IMG/VR virus record: IMGVR_UViG_3300045988_033250
Coordinates: 1-35,562 of that record
Source of the DNA: a virus
Strand: one strand, 5' to 3'
Length of the DNA: 35,562 nucleotides
In this document: in pieces, positions 22,183 to 30,352 of the stretch
Layout of the letters: every line of letters starts with the position of its first letter
How positions within the stretch are numbered: the first letter of the stretch is position 1
Program-made: the position numbers and the translations under genes
Notes under the pieces: model-generated
Seen by the model: the letters and a program-made list of their open reading frames with translations, nothing else
What the model was told of the DNA's origin: nothing
The model's database searches: none

Positions 22183-23851
22183 GGCTTATGAATATTGCAA
22201 AAACTCTGTCAGAAAGAAAACCACTCCGAGATACGTCAAAAAACAGATGCGAGACTGGATGAAGATTGCAGAAGGAAAAAACGCAAAGTACTTTGTATCT
22301 GAAAAGAAGGTTCAGCAGATTGAAAACATTCTGAAACTGCTTATCATGCCAAAAGGATTGAAAGCAGGACAGTCTATGTATAAGTGCGCTACGGGGTATC
22401 AGTGGTTGATATATACAGCCATGCTATGCACTGTATATCGTGACAAACCGAAAAAGCGCAGATATGAGACAGGACTGTTAGAAATATGCAGAAAGAATTT
22501 CAAGACATATACAGTCGGAACAATCTTTATTATTCTGTTTCTTACTGAGCCTAGGTTCTCAAAGTTCTTTTCAGTTGCACCAGATGGAGCGTTGTCAAGA
22601 GAAATAAAAGAAGCAATCTCAGATACAATCAAAAGCAGTCCGCTTATTTATGAATATAAAGGAACAAAGCGTTTCAAGTTGTTAAGGGACTACATCAAAT
22701 TCAAACCGAATGAAAACACGTTGATCCCGTTAGCATACAGTAACAACCGTATGGACGGACGTATGCCGAATGCATTTATCGCAGATGAAGTTGGAGCATT
22801 GCCAAACGGTTATCCTGTCGAAGCAATGAGATCTGGACAGCTAAACGTTGTTAACAAACTAGGGTTCGTTATCAGTACAAAATATCCGACAATCGACAAT
22901 CCTTTCGAGGACGAGGTCGCATATGCTAAGAAGGTTCTTGATGGCATCGAGAAAGATGATACTGTTTTTGCACTGTTGTATGAGCCAGACAAAACATCGG
23001 ATTGGGAAACAGACAATCTTGTTTTGAAGCAGGCGAATCCTGCATCATTAGAAATACCTGAAATCTGGGATGATCTTGTCAAGAAGCGTGCGAGAGCCAT
23101 TGCCATTGAGAACGAGCGAGAGAACTTTGTTACAAAGCATTGCAACATTATTTATCAAGGACAAGGAACTGAAACATTCATTGATGTTAAAGATGTTCAG
23201 GCGTGCAAGGTTGCAGATATTGACTGGAACGGCAGAGTTGTATATTTAGGCGTTGACCTTTCAGAATCGAATGATAATACGTCTGTTGCCATGGTTTCTG
23301 TAGATGATGAGGATAATATTCTTGCAGAAAGTTTCGCATTCATTCCAGCAGACAGGATCACAGAGAAAACAATTTCCGAGCGTGTGAACTATCAGGAATT
23401 ATTGAAGAGTAATAAGGTGTTTGCGTGCGGTGACAGAGTTATCTCATATGCGTTTGTTGAGCAGTTCATTTTGAGCCTTGAGAGCCGTTATAACGTACAA
23501 ATACAGGCTATTGGATATGATAGATGGAATGCATTAAGCACAGCGCAGAAATTGGCAAATGAGGGCTATAACACGGTTCAGATAAAGCAGTATTCAAGCG
23601 TGCTACATTCTCCGACAAAAAGGATGAAAGAAGCCATACTTAAACAGAAATTCAAATACACAGAAAACAAACTTCTTGAAATCAATTATCAGAATGCGAA
23701 ATGTGCATATGACACAAACAAAAATATGTATGTGAGCAAGAAAAAGAGCAACGGCAAGGTTGATATGGTTGTATCACTTATCAATGCAATTTATCTTCTT
23801 GAACAGGATTATTTCCTGAATGAAGGTGACTTCACATTCCAGATGATTTAA
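22148..23851 (+). CDS. terL: Terminase large subunit (Terminase_1 family)
   Basis: 567 aa with Walker B-like AFIADEVGAL and C-terminal nuclease-region motifs (YLGVDLS...DNTSVAMV, GYDRWNA, DMVVSLINA). Start is ambiguous (22148-22163). The P-loop region reads CRKNFKT. Confidence 0.88.
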   Translation: MAVTMMAATSSKAYEYCKNSVRKKTTPRYVKKQMRDWMKIAEGKNAKYFVSEKKVQQIENILKLLIMPKGLKAGQSMYKCATGYQWLIYTAMLCTVYRDKPKKRRYETGLLEICRKNFKTYTVGTIFIILFLTEPRFSKFFSVAPDGALSREIKEAISDTIKSSPLIYEYKGTKRFKLLRDYIKFKPNENTLIPLAYSNNRMDGRMPNAFIADEVGALPNGYPVEAMRSGQLNVVNKLGFVISTKYPTIDNPFEDEVAYAKKVLDGIEKDDTVFALLYEPDKTSDWETDNLVLKQANPASLEIPEIWDDLVKKRARAIAIENERENFVTKHCNIIYQGQGTETFIDVKDVQACKVADIDWNGRVVYLGVDLSESNDNTSVAMVSVDDEDNILAESFAFIPADRITEKTISERVNYQELLKSNKVFACGDRVISYAFVEQFILSLESRYNVQIQAIGYDRWNALSTAQKLANEGYNTVQIKQYSSVLHSPTKRMKEAILKQKFKYTENKLLEINYQNAKCAYDTNKNMYVSKKKSNGKVDMVVSLINAIYLLEQDYFLNEGDFTFQMI

Positions 23852-23880
23852 TTGCTATAAATTTGCATTTATGCTAATAT
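23852..23880 (+). promoter_or_regulatory. Possible internal promoter between terL and portal
   Basis: -35 TTGCTA (23852-23857), 17-nt spacer ending in TGC, -10 TAATAT (23875-23880). Confidence 0.35.
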
Positions 23881-23894
23881 ATAAGCGTAAAAAT

Positions 23895-23909
23895 GTTTCA
23901 AATAGAAAA
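23895..23909 (+). repeat. Degenerate copy of the GTTTCAAAAAGAAAC element (GTTTCAAATAGAAAA)
   Basis: atgtttcaaatagaaaatactaac lies just upstream of the portal start. Confidence 0.5.
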
Positions 23910-23928
23910 TACTAACAAAGGGGCGGTA

Positions 23929-25140
23929 ATGAGAGTGGCACTATTCAGAAAAATTATGAATAAATTAAATCTTAACGATCAAAGTGTTCAGCTTGACGAT
24001 GTGCTGTTATCTGCATTGCTCAATAATGAGACAATCACAAGGGACAAGGCGTTGACACTTCCTGCCGTATCAGGTGCCGTTGACTTTATCAGTGGTTCGA
24101 TTGCATCAATGCCTGTTAAACTTTACAAGTACAAAAACGGCAAGGTTGAGGAAGTGCAGAGAGACAGCCGTGTACGAATGCTCAATGGCGACACTGGGAA
24201 CACGCTTGACGGGTTTCAGACAAAAAAAGCCATGGTCGAGGATTATTTACTTGGCAAGGGTGGATATTGCTTTATTCAAAGAGACAGACAGAACATCGTG
24301 ACGGCACTAAAATATATTCCAGATATGAACGTTACTGTGTGGTCAAATTCCGACCCGATGAACCGTTTTATACAGTTCTATGTTGGTACAGATAAAATCT
24401 ATCCGTGGAACATGGTCAAACTCTTGAGAAATACCAAAGACGGAGCAAGCGGAAAAGGATTGACTGAGGAAATCTCAAAAGCACTTGAAACGGCATACAG
24501 TACGTTGGTGTATCAGCTTGGACTGGTTCAGACAGGTGGTAATAAAAAAGGATTCTTACAGGCAGAGCGTAGGCTTGGACAGGAAGAAGTGGACAAGCTC
24601 AAAGAAGCATGGAAGAGGTTATACGCCAACAACACCGAGTCCGTCATGGTTCTGAATAACGGCATCAAGTTTCAGGAGTCGTCAAATAGTTCAGTTGAAA
24701 TGCAGTTGAATGAAAGCAAGAAGACTTTACAGGATGAAATAAATGGAGTATTCCATATTCACAGTGATTTTAATCTGACATTTAAGGAAGCAATCTATCC
24801 AATTGTTAAAGCATTTGAGACAGCAATCAACAGCACATTGCTGTTGGAGAAAGAAAAGAAAAACTTCTTCTTTGAGTTCGATACAAAGGAAATTGTGAAA
24901 GCAACCATCAAAGAAAGATTCGATGCTTACAAAGTTGCAAAAGATACAGGACTTATGACTATCAATGAGTTGCGACGAATGGAAAATCTCAATTATATTG
25001 AGGGTATGGATGTTATCAACGTTGGACTTGGCGCAGTATTGTATGATACCAACACAGGAATATATTACACGCCAAACACTGGACAGGTGACAGGTGGAAA
25101 TGAAGAAGAAAAAACGGCTGAGAAAGTTGAAGAAACCTAA
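23929..25140 (+). CDS. Portal protein (HK97 family)
   Basis: About 400 aa located after TerL. The ATG at 23929 follows AAAGGGG (the track ORF starts at 23893 without an RBS). Length and order are typical of Phage_portal family members. Confidence 0.85.
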   Translation: MRVALFRKIMNKLNLNDQSVQLDDVLLSALLNNETITRDKALTLPAVSGAVDFISGSIASMPVKLYKYKNGKVEEVQRDSRVRMLNGDTGNTLDGFQTKKAMVEDYLLGKGGYCFIQRDRQNIVTALKYIPDMNVTVWSNSDPMNRFIQFYVGTDKIYPWNMVKLLRNTKDGASGKGLTEEISKALETAYSTLVYQLGLVQTGGNKKGFLQAERRLGQEEVDKLKEAWKRLYANNTESVMVLNNGIKFQESSNSSVEMQLNESKKTLQDEINGVFHIHSDFNLTFKEAIYPIVKAFETAINSTLLLEKEKKNFFFEFDTKEIVKATIKERFDAYKVAKDTGLMTINELRRMENLNYIEGMDVINVGLGAVLYDTNTGIYYTPNTGQVTGGNEEEKTAEKVEET

Positions 25141-25152
25141 CAGGGGGGGCAG

Positions 25153-25917
25153 ATGATGAATTACAAGTATTTGAAGAATCTGACGAAAACAAGCGCTGAT
25201 TTTTATGTTTATGGCGATATCGTTGACGAGAACGTGCCTGACTGGTGGACTGGCGAGAAATCAGAAACAGCAGTTGACACGAACACATTTAAGGCAGAGC
25301 TTGACAGCTTGAATGGAGTGACAGACTTTAATATCTACATCAATAGTGGTGGTGGCTCAGTGTTTGCAAGTTCTGCAATGGTCTCAATGTTGAAGAGATT
25401 CAGACAGAACACAGGAGCGAAGATTCATGCATATATTGATGGATTGTGTGCAAGCGCATCAACGTATCTTGCCATGGTCGCAGATGATATCAACATTTAC
25501 AAAAACTCGGTAATGATGATTCATAAGCCAATGACATATGCTTATGGAAATGCTAACGAGTTACAGCATGACATTGACACATTAAATCTGATTGAAAGTG
25601 GAACGATGTTGCCAATGTATGAATCCAAAGCAAAAGAAGGAATCACAGCAGAGAATATCGCAGAACTGGTTGGCAACGAAACATGGTTCAGTGGTAATCC
25701 TGATGATGATATGTACATCGGAAATTATTTCAGTGTGAACGCACTGGACAGTGTGAAGGACGTACAGGCATGTGCAACGGACTTATTCAGAAACTACAAG
25801 CATGTGCCAGATGCATTAAAAAAGCCAAAACAGGTTAAAAAGCCTGTCGAAGATCGTGCGCTTGATTATTCAGCGTACGAGAATATTATTAGTTCATTAA
25901 AGAAGATGGAGGGGTGA
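25153..25917 (+). CDS. ClpP-like (S14) prohead maturation protease
   Basis: YINSGGGSVFASSAMVSMLK...IDGLCASASTYLAM...MMIHKP gives the ClpP Ser/His motif arrangement. It lies between portal and capsid. Confidence 0.88.
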   Translation: MMNYKYLKNLTKTSADFYVYGDIVDENVPDWWTGEKSETAVDTNTFKAELDSLNGVTDFNIYINSGGGSVFASSAMVSMLKRFRQNTGAKIHAYIDGLCASASTYLAMVADDINIYKNSVMMIHKPMTYAYGNANELQHDIDTLNLIESGTMLPMYESKAKEGITAENIAELVGNETWFSGNPDDDMYIGNYFSVNALDSVKDVQACATDLFRNYKHVPDALKKPKQVKKPVEDRALDYSAYENIISSLKKMEG

Positions 25918-25921
25918 ATAA

Positions 25922-27061
25922 ATGAACGTAAAAGAACTCATTGAAAATCGAAATTCGAAAGTCGCTCAGATGGAGAAACTGTTAACAACTGCAAAGGCAG
26001 AAAACAGATTACCGTCTGAAGACGAAAAAAACCAGTTTGCAAACCTTGAAAAAGAGGTAAAGGACATTGATGCAACTGTTGCTATGTATGACCAGATGGC
26101 AGGAATGAGCGTGAAGAAAGTGCCAAGCTCACCTGTTGAAATGACAAATGAAGAAAGAGATCACAAAGCATTTGAAAATGCAATTCGTGGCATTGTGAAT
26201 ACCGACACACCAACAATGCCAGCAGATGCAAAGACACTGATTCCAACAACAGTTTGGAATGAAATCATTTCACAGGTTATTGAAATCTCACCTGTGTTTT
26301 CTATGGCAGACCGCTATAACATCACTGGCAATCTAGTATTACCAAAGTATGATGCACAGAACAGTTCAATCGTGATGCAGTATGCAGATGAAGGAACTAC
26401 AGCAGAATCTGGAAAGGTTGTTATCAGCCAGATTACTCTTGGTGGATTCCTTGCACGTTGCCTTGCAAAAATCTCAAAGAGCTTGATTAACAATTCTAAT
26501 TTCGATATTGTGGGATTTGTTGAAGCAAAAATGGCACAGGCAATCGCATTATATTTCGAACATGAAATTCTGTTCGGCACAGTAGGAAAGGTTGAGGGTT
26601 TAAAGGGCATTACATCAGATATGACTGTTACAACTGCCACAGCCACAAAGATTACATCTGACGAGCTTATGGATGTGCAGGACAAAGTAATCGACAACTA
26701 TCAGGCTAATTCCGTATGGATCATGAATCGTGAAACTAGAAATGCAATCAGAAAGTTGAAGGATAACGAAGACGATTATTTATTGAACCGTGACTTTACA
26801 GCAAAATGGGGATATACACTTCTAGGCAAGGACGTTTATTGCTCTGATGCGATGGACAAGATGCTTGCAGGGAAGACAGCCATTTATTACGGTGACTTCT
26901 CTGGTCTTGCAGTGAAGGTTTCAGAAGATGCTAACATGCAGGTATTGCAGGAAAGATATGCAGAGGAACATCTACTTGGAATTCTAGCTTTCGTTGAGTG
27001 GGATGCAAAGGTTGCAGACACTCAGAAGCTTGCAAAACTTGTGATGGGAGCAGGCAAATAA
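25922..27061 (+). CDS. Major capsid protein (HK97 fold) with N-terminal delta/scaffold domain
   Basis: 379 aa, with a coiled-coil N-terminus (KELIENRNSKVAQMEKLLTTAKAENR...). It follows the protease. Confidence 0.88.
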   Translation: MNVKELIENRNSKVAQMEKLLTTAKAENRLPSEDEKNQFANLEKEVKDIDATVAMYDQMAGMSVKKVPSSPVEMTNEERDHKAFENAIRGIVNTDTPTMPADAKTLIPTTVWNEIISQVIEISPVFSMADRYNITGNLVLPKYDAQNSSIVMQYADEGTTAESGKVVISQITLGGFLARCLAKISKSLINNSNFDIVGFVEAKMAQAIALYFEHEILFGTVGKVEGLKGITSDMTVTTATATKITSDELMDVQDKVIDNYQANSVWIMNRETRNAIRKLKDNEDDYLLNRDFTAKWGYTLLGKDVYCSDAMDKMLAGKTAIYYGDFSGLAVKVSEDANMQVLQERYAEEHLLGILAFVEWDAKVADTQKLAKLVMGAGK

Positions 27062-27077
27062 AAAGGGGTGAAGCGAT

Positions 27078-27371
27078 ATGGAAGTAAGCAAAGTCAGTGA
27101 TATTACAGAAGAATGCGTTGCAGACTATTTGAGATTGGACGAAGTAACAGACAGCGATATAAATACATTAACCATGCTTATTTCCATCGCTACTTCTTTC
27201 ATCGAAAACTATACTGGGATTGATGATCTTGACAAATATCCTGAATTTGTGATTGTGGTGCTTATTCTTTGTCAGGACATGTGGGATAACAGAACAATGT
27301 ATGTTGACAGTAAAGACCTGAACAACACGGTGCAGAGTATTCTCGCAATGCACAGTGTGAATCTGTTGTGA
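27078..27371 (+). CDS. Head-tail connector (gp6-like, Phage_connect_1)
   Basis: VADYLRLDEVTDSDINTLTMLISIATSFIENYTGI matches the gp6-like connector signature. Confidence 0.75.
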   Translation: MEVSKVSDITEECVADYLRLDEVTDSDINTLTMLISIATSFIENYTGIDDLDKYPEFVIVVLILCQDMWDNRTMYVDSKDLNNTVQSILAMHSVNLL

Positions 27372-27381
27372 GGTGATTAAA

Positions 27382-27708
27382 ATGCTGAATGCGGGGAAGT
27401 ATTCAAAGAAAATCACAATTTACAAAACGGCGATTGTGACAGATGCTGATGGTTTTCAGACAGAACAGAAGAAAGTGATTCTTACACCATATGCATACGT
27501 GAGAACGACAAAGGGATTCACGCTGATTGCGAACAATTCTGATTTTGAGAAAGCATACACCAACTTCACAATTCGATATCCGAAAACAGAGATCACGAGG
27601 GATATGCTGATCGAGTTCCATGGCAAAACATATACGATTGAGTATCTGAACAACGTTGATGAAAACAGCGTAGAATTAGAAATTCAGGCAAAGGAAATTT
27701 CGAAATAA
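27382..27708 (+). CDS. Head closure / head-tail joining protein (SPP1 gp16-like)
   Basis: LNAGKYSKKITIYK...DGFQ...YAYVRTTKG...FTIRY...IEFHGKTYTIEYLNNVDE pattern. The ATG at 27382 lies 6 nt after GAGGTG. Confidence 0.75.
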   Translation: MLNAGKYSKKITIYKTAIVTDADGFQTEQKKVILTPYAYVRTTKGFTLIANNSDFEKAYTNFTIRYPKTEITRDMLIEFHGKTYTIEYLNNVDENSVELEIQAKEISK

Positions 27709-28373
27709 TGCTATATTTTGTATATAAACATACATTTCCAAACGGCAAAATTTACATTGGAATAACAGACCAAAAGCCGGAAAGAAGATGGAGAAATGGA
27801 ATCGGGTACAGACGGCAACCGTATGTGTACAATGCAATTAAAAAATATAAATGGGTAAACGTTAAACACGAAATTTTGCTTTCTGGGCTATCGAAAGAAG
27901 AAGCGGAAAACAAAGAAATAGAACTAATTGCAAAGTATAAAAGCAATCAAAAAGCGTTTGGATACAATATTGCTAATGGTGGTAATTCTACTGGAACTGT
28001 ATCTGAAAAAACGAAGGAAAAAATAAGCAGCTCGTTAAAGGGAAGACCAAAAGAAAAACCGCCGTGGAAGGGTAAGCATCATTCAGCCGAAACAAAGGCA
28101 AAATTGAGTAGTCTGAGAAAAGGTAACAAGAATCCTATGTATGGGCGACACGCTTCTGATTATACAAAAGCAAAAATGAGTGCTTCTCATAAAGATTGCA
28201 GTTTATGTAAACAAGTAATTTGTATTGAAACTGGAGAAACATTCAAGAGCGCATCAGATGCGGCTAGAAAGATGAACTTGTCTCAAGGCAATGTTTCTTC
28301 CGTTGCAAGGGGCGTGAGGGAACATACAAAGGGCTATCATTTTAAATATGTAGCAAAGGAAGTGACTCACTGA
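27708..28373 (+). CDS. Free-standing GIY-YIG homing endonuclease (NUMOD3 repeats, C-terminal HTH)
   Basis: YFVYKHTFPNGKIYIGIT...RW..G.GY...EEAENKEIELI...GYNIANGG (GIY-YIG). HSAETKAKLS and TKAKMSASH (NUMOD3-like). FKSASDAARKMNLSQGNVSSVA (HTH). TAATG and TGATG overlaps with the flanking structural genes. Confidence 0.88.
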   Translation: MLYFVYKHTFPNGKIYIGITDQKPERRWRNGIGYRRQPYVYNAIKKYKWVNVKHEILLSGLSKEEAENKEIELIAKYKSNQKAFGYNIANGGNSTGTVSEKTKEKISSSLKGRPKEKPPWKGKHHSAETKAKLSSLRKGNKNPMYGRHASDYTKAKMSASHKDCSLCKQVICIETGETFKSASDAARKMNLSQGNVSSVARGVREHTKGYHFKYVAKEVTH

Positions 28374-28801
28374 TGGCAAAGATTGCTTTTGATATTGACG
28401 ACAGTGTATTGAAGGATATATCTTACATTGACAAGCAGTTTGATCACATCTTTGGTGGTATGACACAAGCAGGCGCAGAGGTTGTTTACAAGAATGTTAT
28501 TGCTAATCTTCCAGAGGCGCTGAAAAGTTCAGGATTCAGCAGTCATGTGAAACTGTCAAAGATATACAGAACTCCATCAGATGATGGTATCAACACGAAA
28601 GTCATGATCACTGGATATTTCAAAAACAAGGAAGGCAAGAAGACTCCTGCACCACTTGTTGCTAACATGTTTGAGTATGGCAGTGACAAAAGGAAATATC
28701 CAAAGCATCCTTTTTTCCGAAAGTCTTTCAAAAAGTCACAAATCATGAAAGCAATGGAAGAAGCGCAGAAGAATTTGAGCGGGGGTCTGTTGGATGAATA
28801 A
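28373..28801 (+). CDS. HK97 gp10-like neck/tail component
   Basis: 142 aa in the position and of the size of gp10-family proteins, with a GGMTQAGAEVVYKNVIANLP motif. Confidence 0.6.
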   Translation: MAKIAFDIDDSVLKDISYIDKQFDHIFGGMTQAGAEVVYKNVIANLPEALKSSGFSSHVKLSKIYRTPSDDGINTKVMITGYFKNKEGKKTPAPLVANMFEYGSDKRKYPKHPFFRKSFKKSQIMKAMEEAQKNLSGGLLDE

Positions 28802-29141
28802 CCTCATTGAAAAAACATTGAGCGACTTCACGGTCAATGGAAAAAAAATTTCAGTTAAGTTTTTGCGATATAATGGCAACGAGGAAACATACATCACTTA
28901 TATGGAAACAGATGCGGACAGTGTGTTACATGGTGATGATGAATTGCTTAATTATGTCGAGTATTACGATTTTGATATTTACTCAAAAGGCAATTACAAG
29001 CCGATTATCAAGGCATTAAAGGGATTGCTTACGAGTGTTGGGTTTATGTGGGAACCTGACAGATCATCCGAAGATATGTATGAGGACGATACGAAGTATT
29101 ACCACAAGACATTATGTTTTTCAATCGAAAGGAGCGAATAA
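28794..29141 (+). CDS. Tail completion / tail terminator-like protein
   Basis: 115-aa ORF immediately upstream of the major tail protein. Assignment is positional. Confidence 0.5.
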   Translation: MNNLIEKTLSDFTVNGKKISVKFLRYNGNEETYITYMETDADSVLHGDDELLNYVEYYDFDIYSKGNYKPIIKALKGLLTSVGFMWEPDRSSEDMYEDDTKYYHKTLCFSIERSE

Positions 29142-29701
29142 TGGCTAAAATTGGGTTAAATAACTTCCGATATTCAAAACTTACGGAATCGGGAGAAGGT
29201 AAAGCAACATACGATGGTGCGAAAAAGCCAGCCAAGGCTATTTCCTGTAAGGTGGATATTTCTAACAATGATGCAGCTTTATATGCTGATGATGCATTAG
29301 CAGAGAGCGATACATCTTTCCAGAAGGGCTCTGTTACAGCAGGAATCGACAATGAAGATGTGCAAACTATGGCAGATCTTCTAGGACATACGGTTTCAGA
29401 AGAAGGTGCAGAGCTTGTCAGAAATGCAAATGATGTTGCGCCATATGTGGGTTTCGGAAGAGTCGTTACAAAGATGGTGAACGGAGCTTACAAGTACACA
29501 GTAGAATTCTTATGCAAGGTTAAATTCTCAGAACCTTCTCAAGATGATTCTACAAAGGGTGAAAGCGTATCATTCAGCACAACTGAACTTAACGGAGTGG
29601 TGGCTACATTGGCAGATGGCACATGGTCAAAATCTAAAACGTTTGATACAAAGACTGAAGCTGTCACATATCTTGAAGGACTGATGGCAAAGACAGCCTA
29701 A
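29141..29701 (+). CDS. Major tail protein (phi13 family-like)
   Basis: MAKIGLNNFRYSKLTESGEGKATYDGAKKPAKAISCKV... The ATG at 29141 follows AGGAG. It is followed by an attenuating terminator and the chaperone genes. Confidence 0.8.
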   Translation: MAKIGLNNFRYSKLTESGEGKATYDGAKKPAKAISCKVDISNNDAALYADDALAESDTSFQKGSVTAGIDNEDVQTMADLLGHTVSEEGAELVRNANDVAPYVGFGRVVTKMVNGAYKYTVEFLCKVKFSEPSQDDSTKGESVSFSTTELNGVVATLADGTWSKSKTFDTKTEAVTYLEGLMAKTA

Positions 29702-29711
29702 AAGAATATTC

Positions 29712-29741
29712 AAGACAGGGTTAGTCCCTGTCTTATTTTTT
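29712..29741 (+). terminator. Intrinsic terminator after the major tail gene
   Basis: aagacaggg-ttagt-ccctgtctt followed by attttttg. Confidence 0.7.
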
Positions 29742-29756
29742 GAAAGAGGGTAAAAC

Positions 29757-30110
29757 ATGAAGGAAATCTCAAAGACACTTGAATACAAAGGCAAGAAATA
29801 CAAGCTCGTTTTCAATCTTAACGTGATGGAAGTTATTCAAGATAAATACAGAACACTTGAAAACTGGGGCAAACTCACAGATGGTGCAAAAAACAATGGT
29901 GAGCCAAACGCAAAGGCTGTTATCTTTGGAATCACGGCAATGCTGAATGAGGGCATTGATATCGACAACGAGGAAAATGGCACAAGTGAAAAGATGCTTA
30001 CTAAAAAGCAGGTAGGCAGAATGATCACGGAAATTGGATTGAAATCATCCGCACAGCTGATGAACGGTGTTGTCATTGACAGCACGCAGAGTGCCGAAAA
30101 AAACGCATAA
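29757..30110 (+). CDS. Tail assembly chaperone (gpG-like)
   Basis: 117-aa ORF between the major tail and tape measure genes, ending just after a slippery A-run. Confidence 0.8.
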   Translation: MKEISKTLEYKGKKYKLVFNLNVMEVIQDKYRTLENWGKLTDGAKNNGEPNAKAVIFGITAMLNEGIDIDNEENGTSEKMLTKKQVGRMITEIGLKSSAQLMNGVVIDSTQSAEKNA

Positions 30111-30340
30111 TCCCCGATGAGGATGATCCAGAGCCAATAGATTTTACATGGTTCTACTTTATCGGGCGTAACAAACTCGGTTTTACATTCCATGAGGTTG
30201 GCAGATTGACACTGACAACTTTCAATCTGTTCTATAAGCATTATAAGAACGATTTTGATTTTGAGCTGATGCTTGAAAAGACAGGGACAACATACGCAAA
30301 AGCATATGAGAAATCACAACATGAAGATGATTGGTTTTAA
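29757..30340 (+). CDS. Tail assembly chaperone frameshift product (gpGT-like, -1 PRF at 30098-30104)
   Basis: The -1 frame is open from 30104 to TAA 30338-30340 and encodes ...RIIPDEDDPEPIDFTWFYFIGRNKLGFTFHEVGRLTLTTFNLFYKHYKNDFDFELML... It ends 12 nt before the tape measure start. Confidence 0.7.
30098..30104 (+). promoter_or_regulatory. Slippery heptamer A AAA AAC for -1 programmed frameshift
   Basis: The X XXY YYZ pattern is in the zero frame of the chaperone gene (gaa aaa aac). Confidence 0.7.
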
Positions 30341-30352
30341 GGGGGTGAGAGC

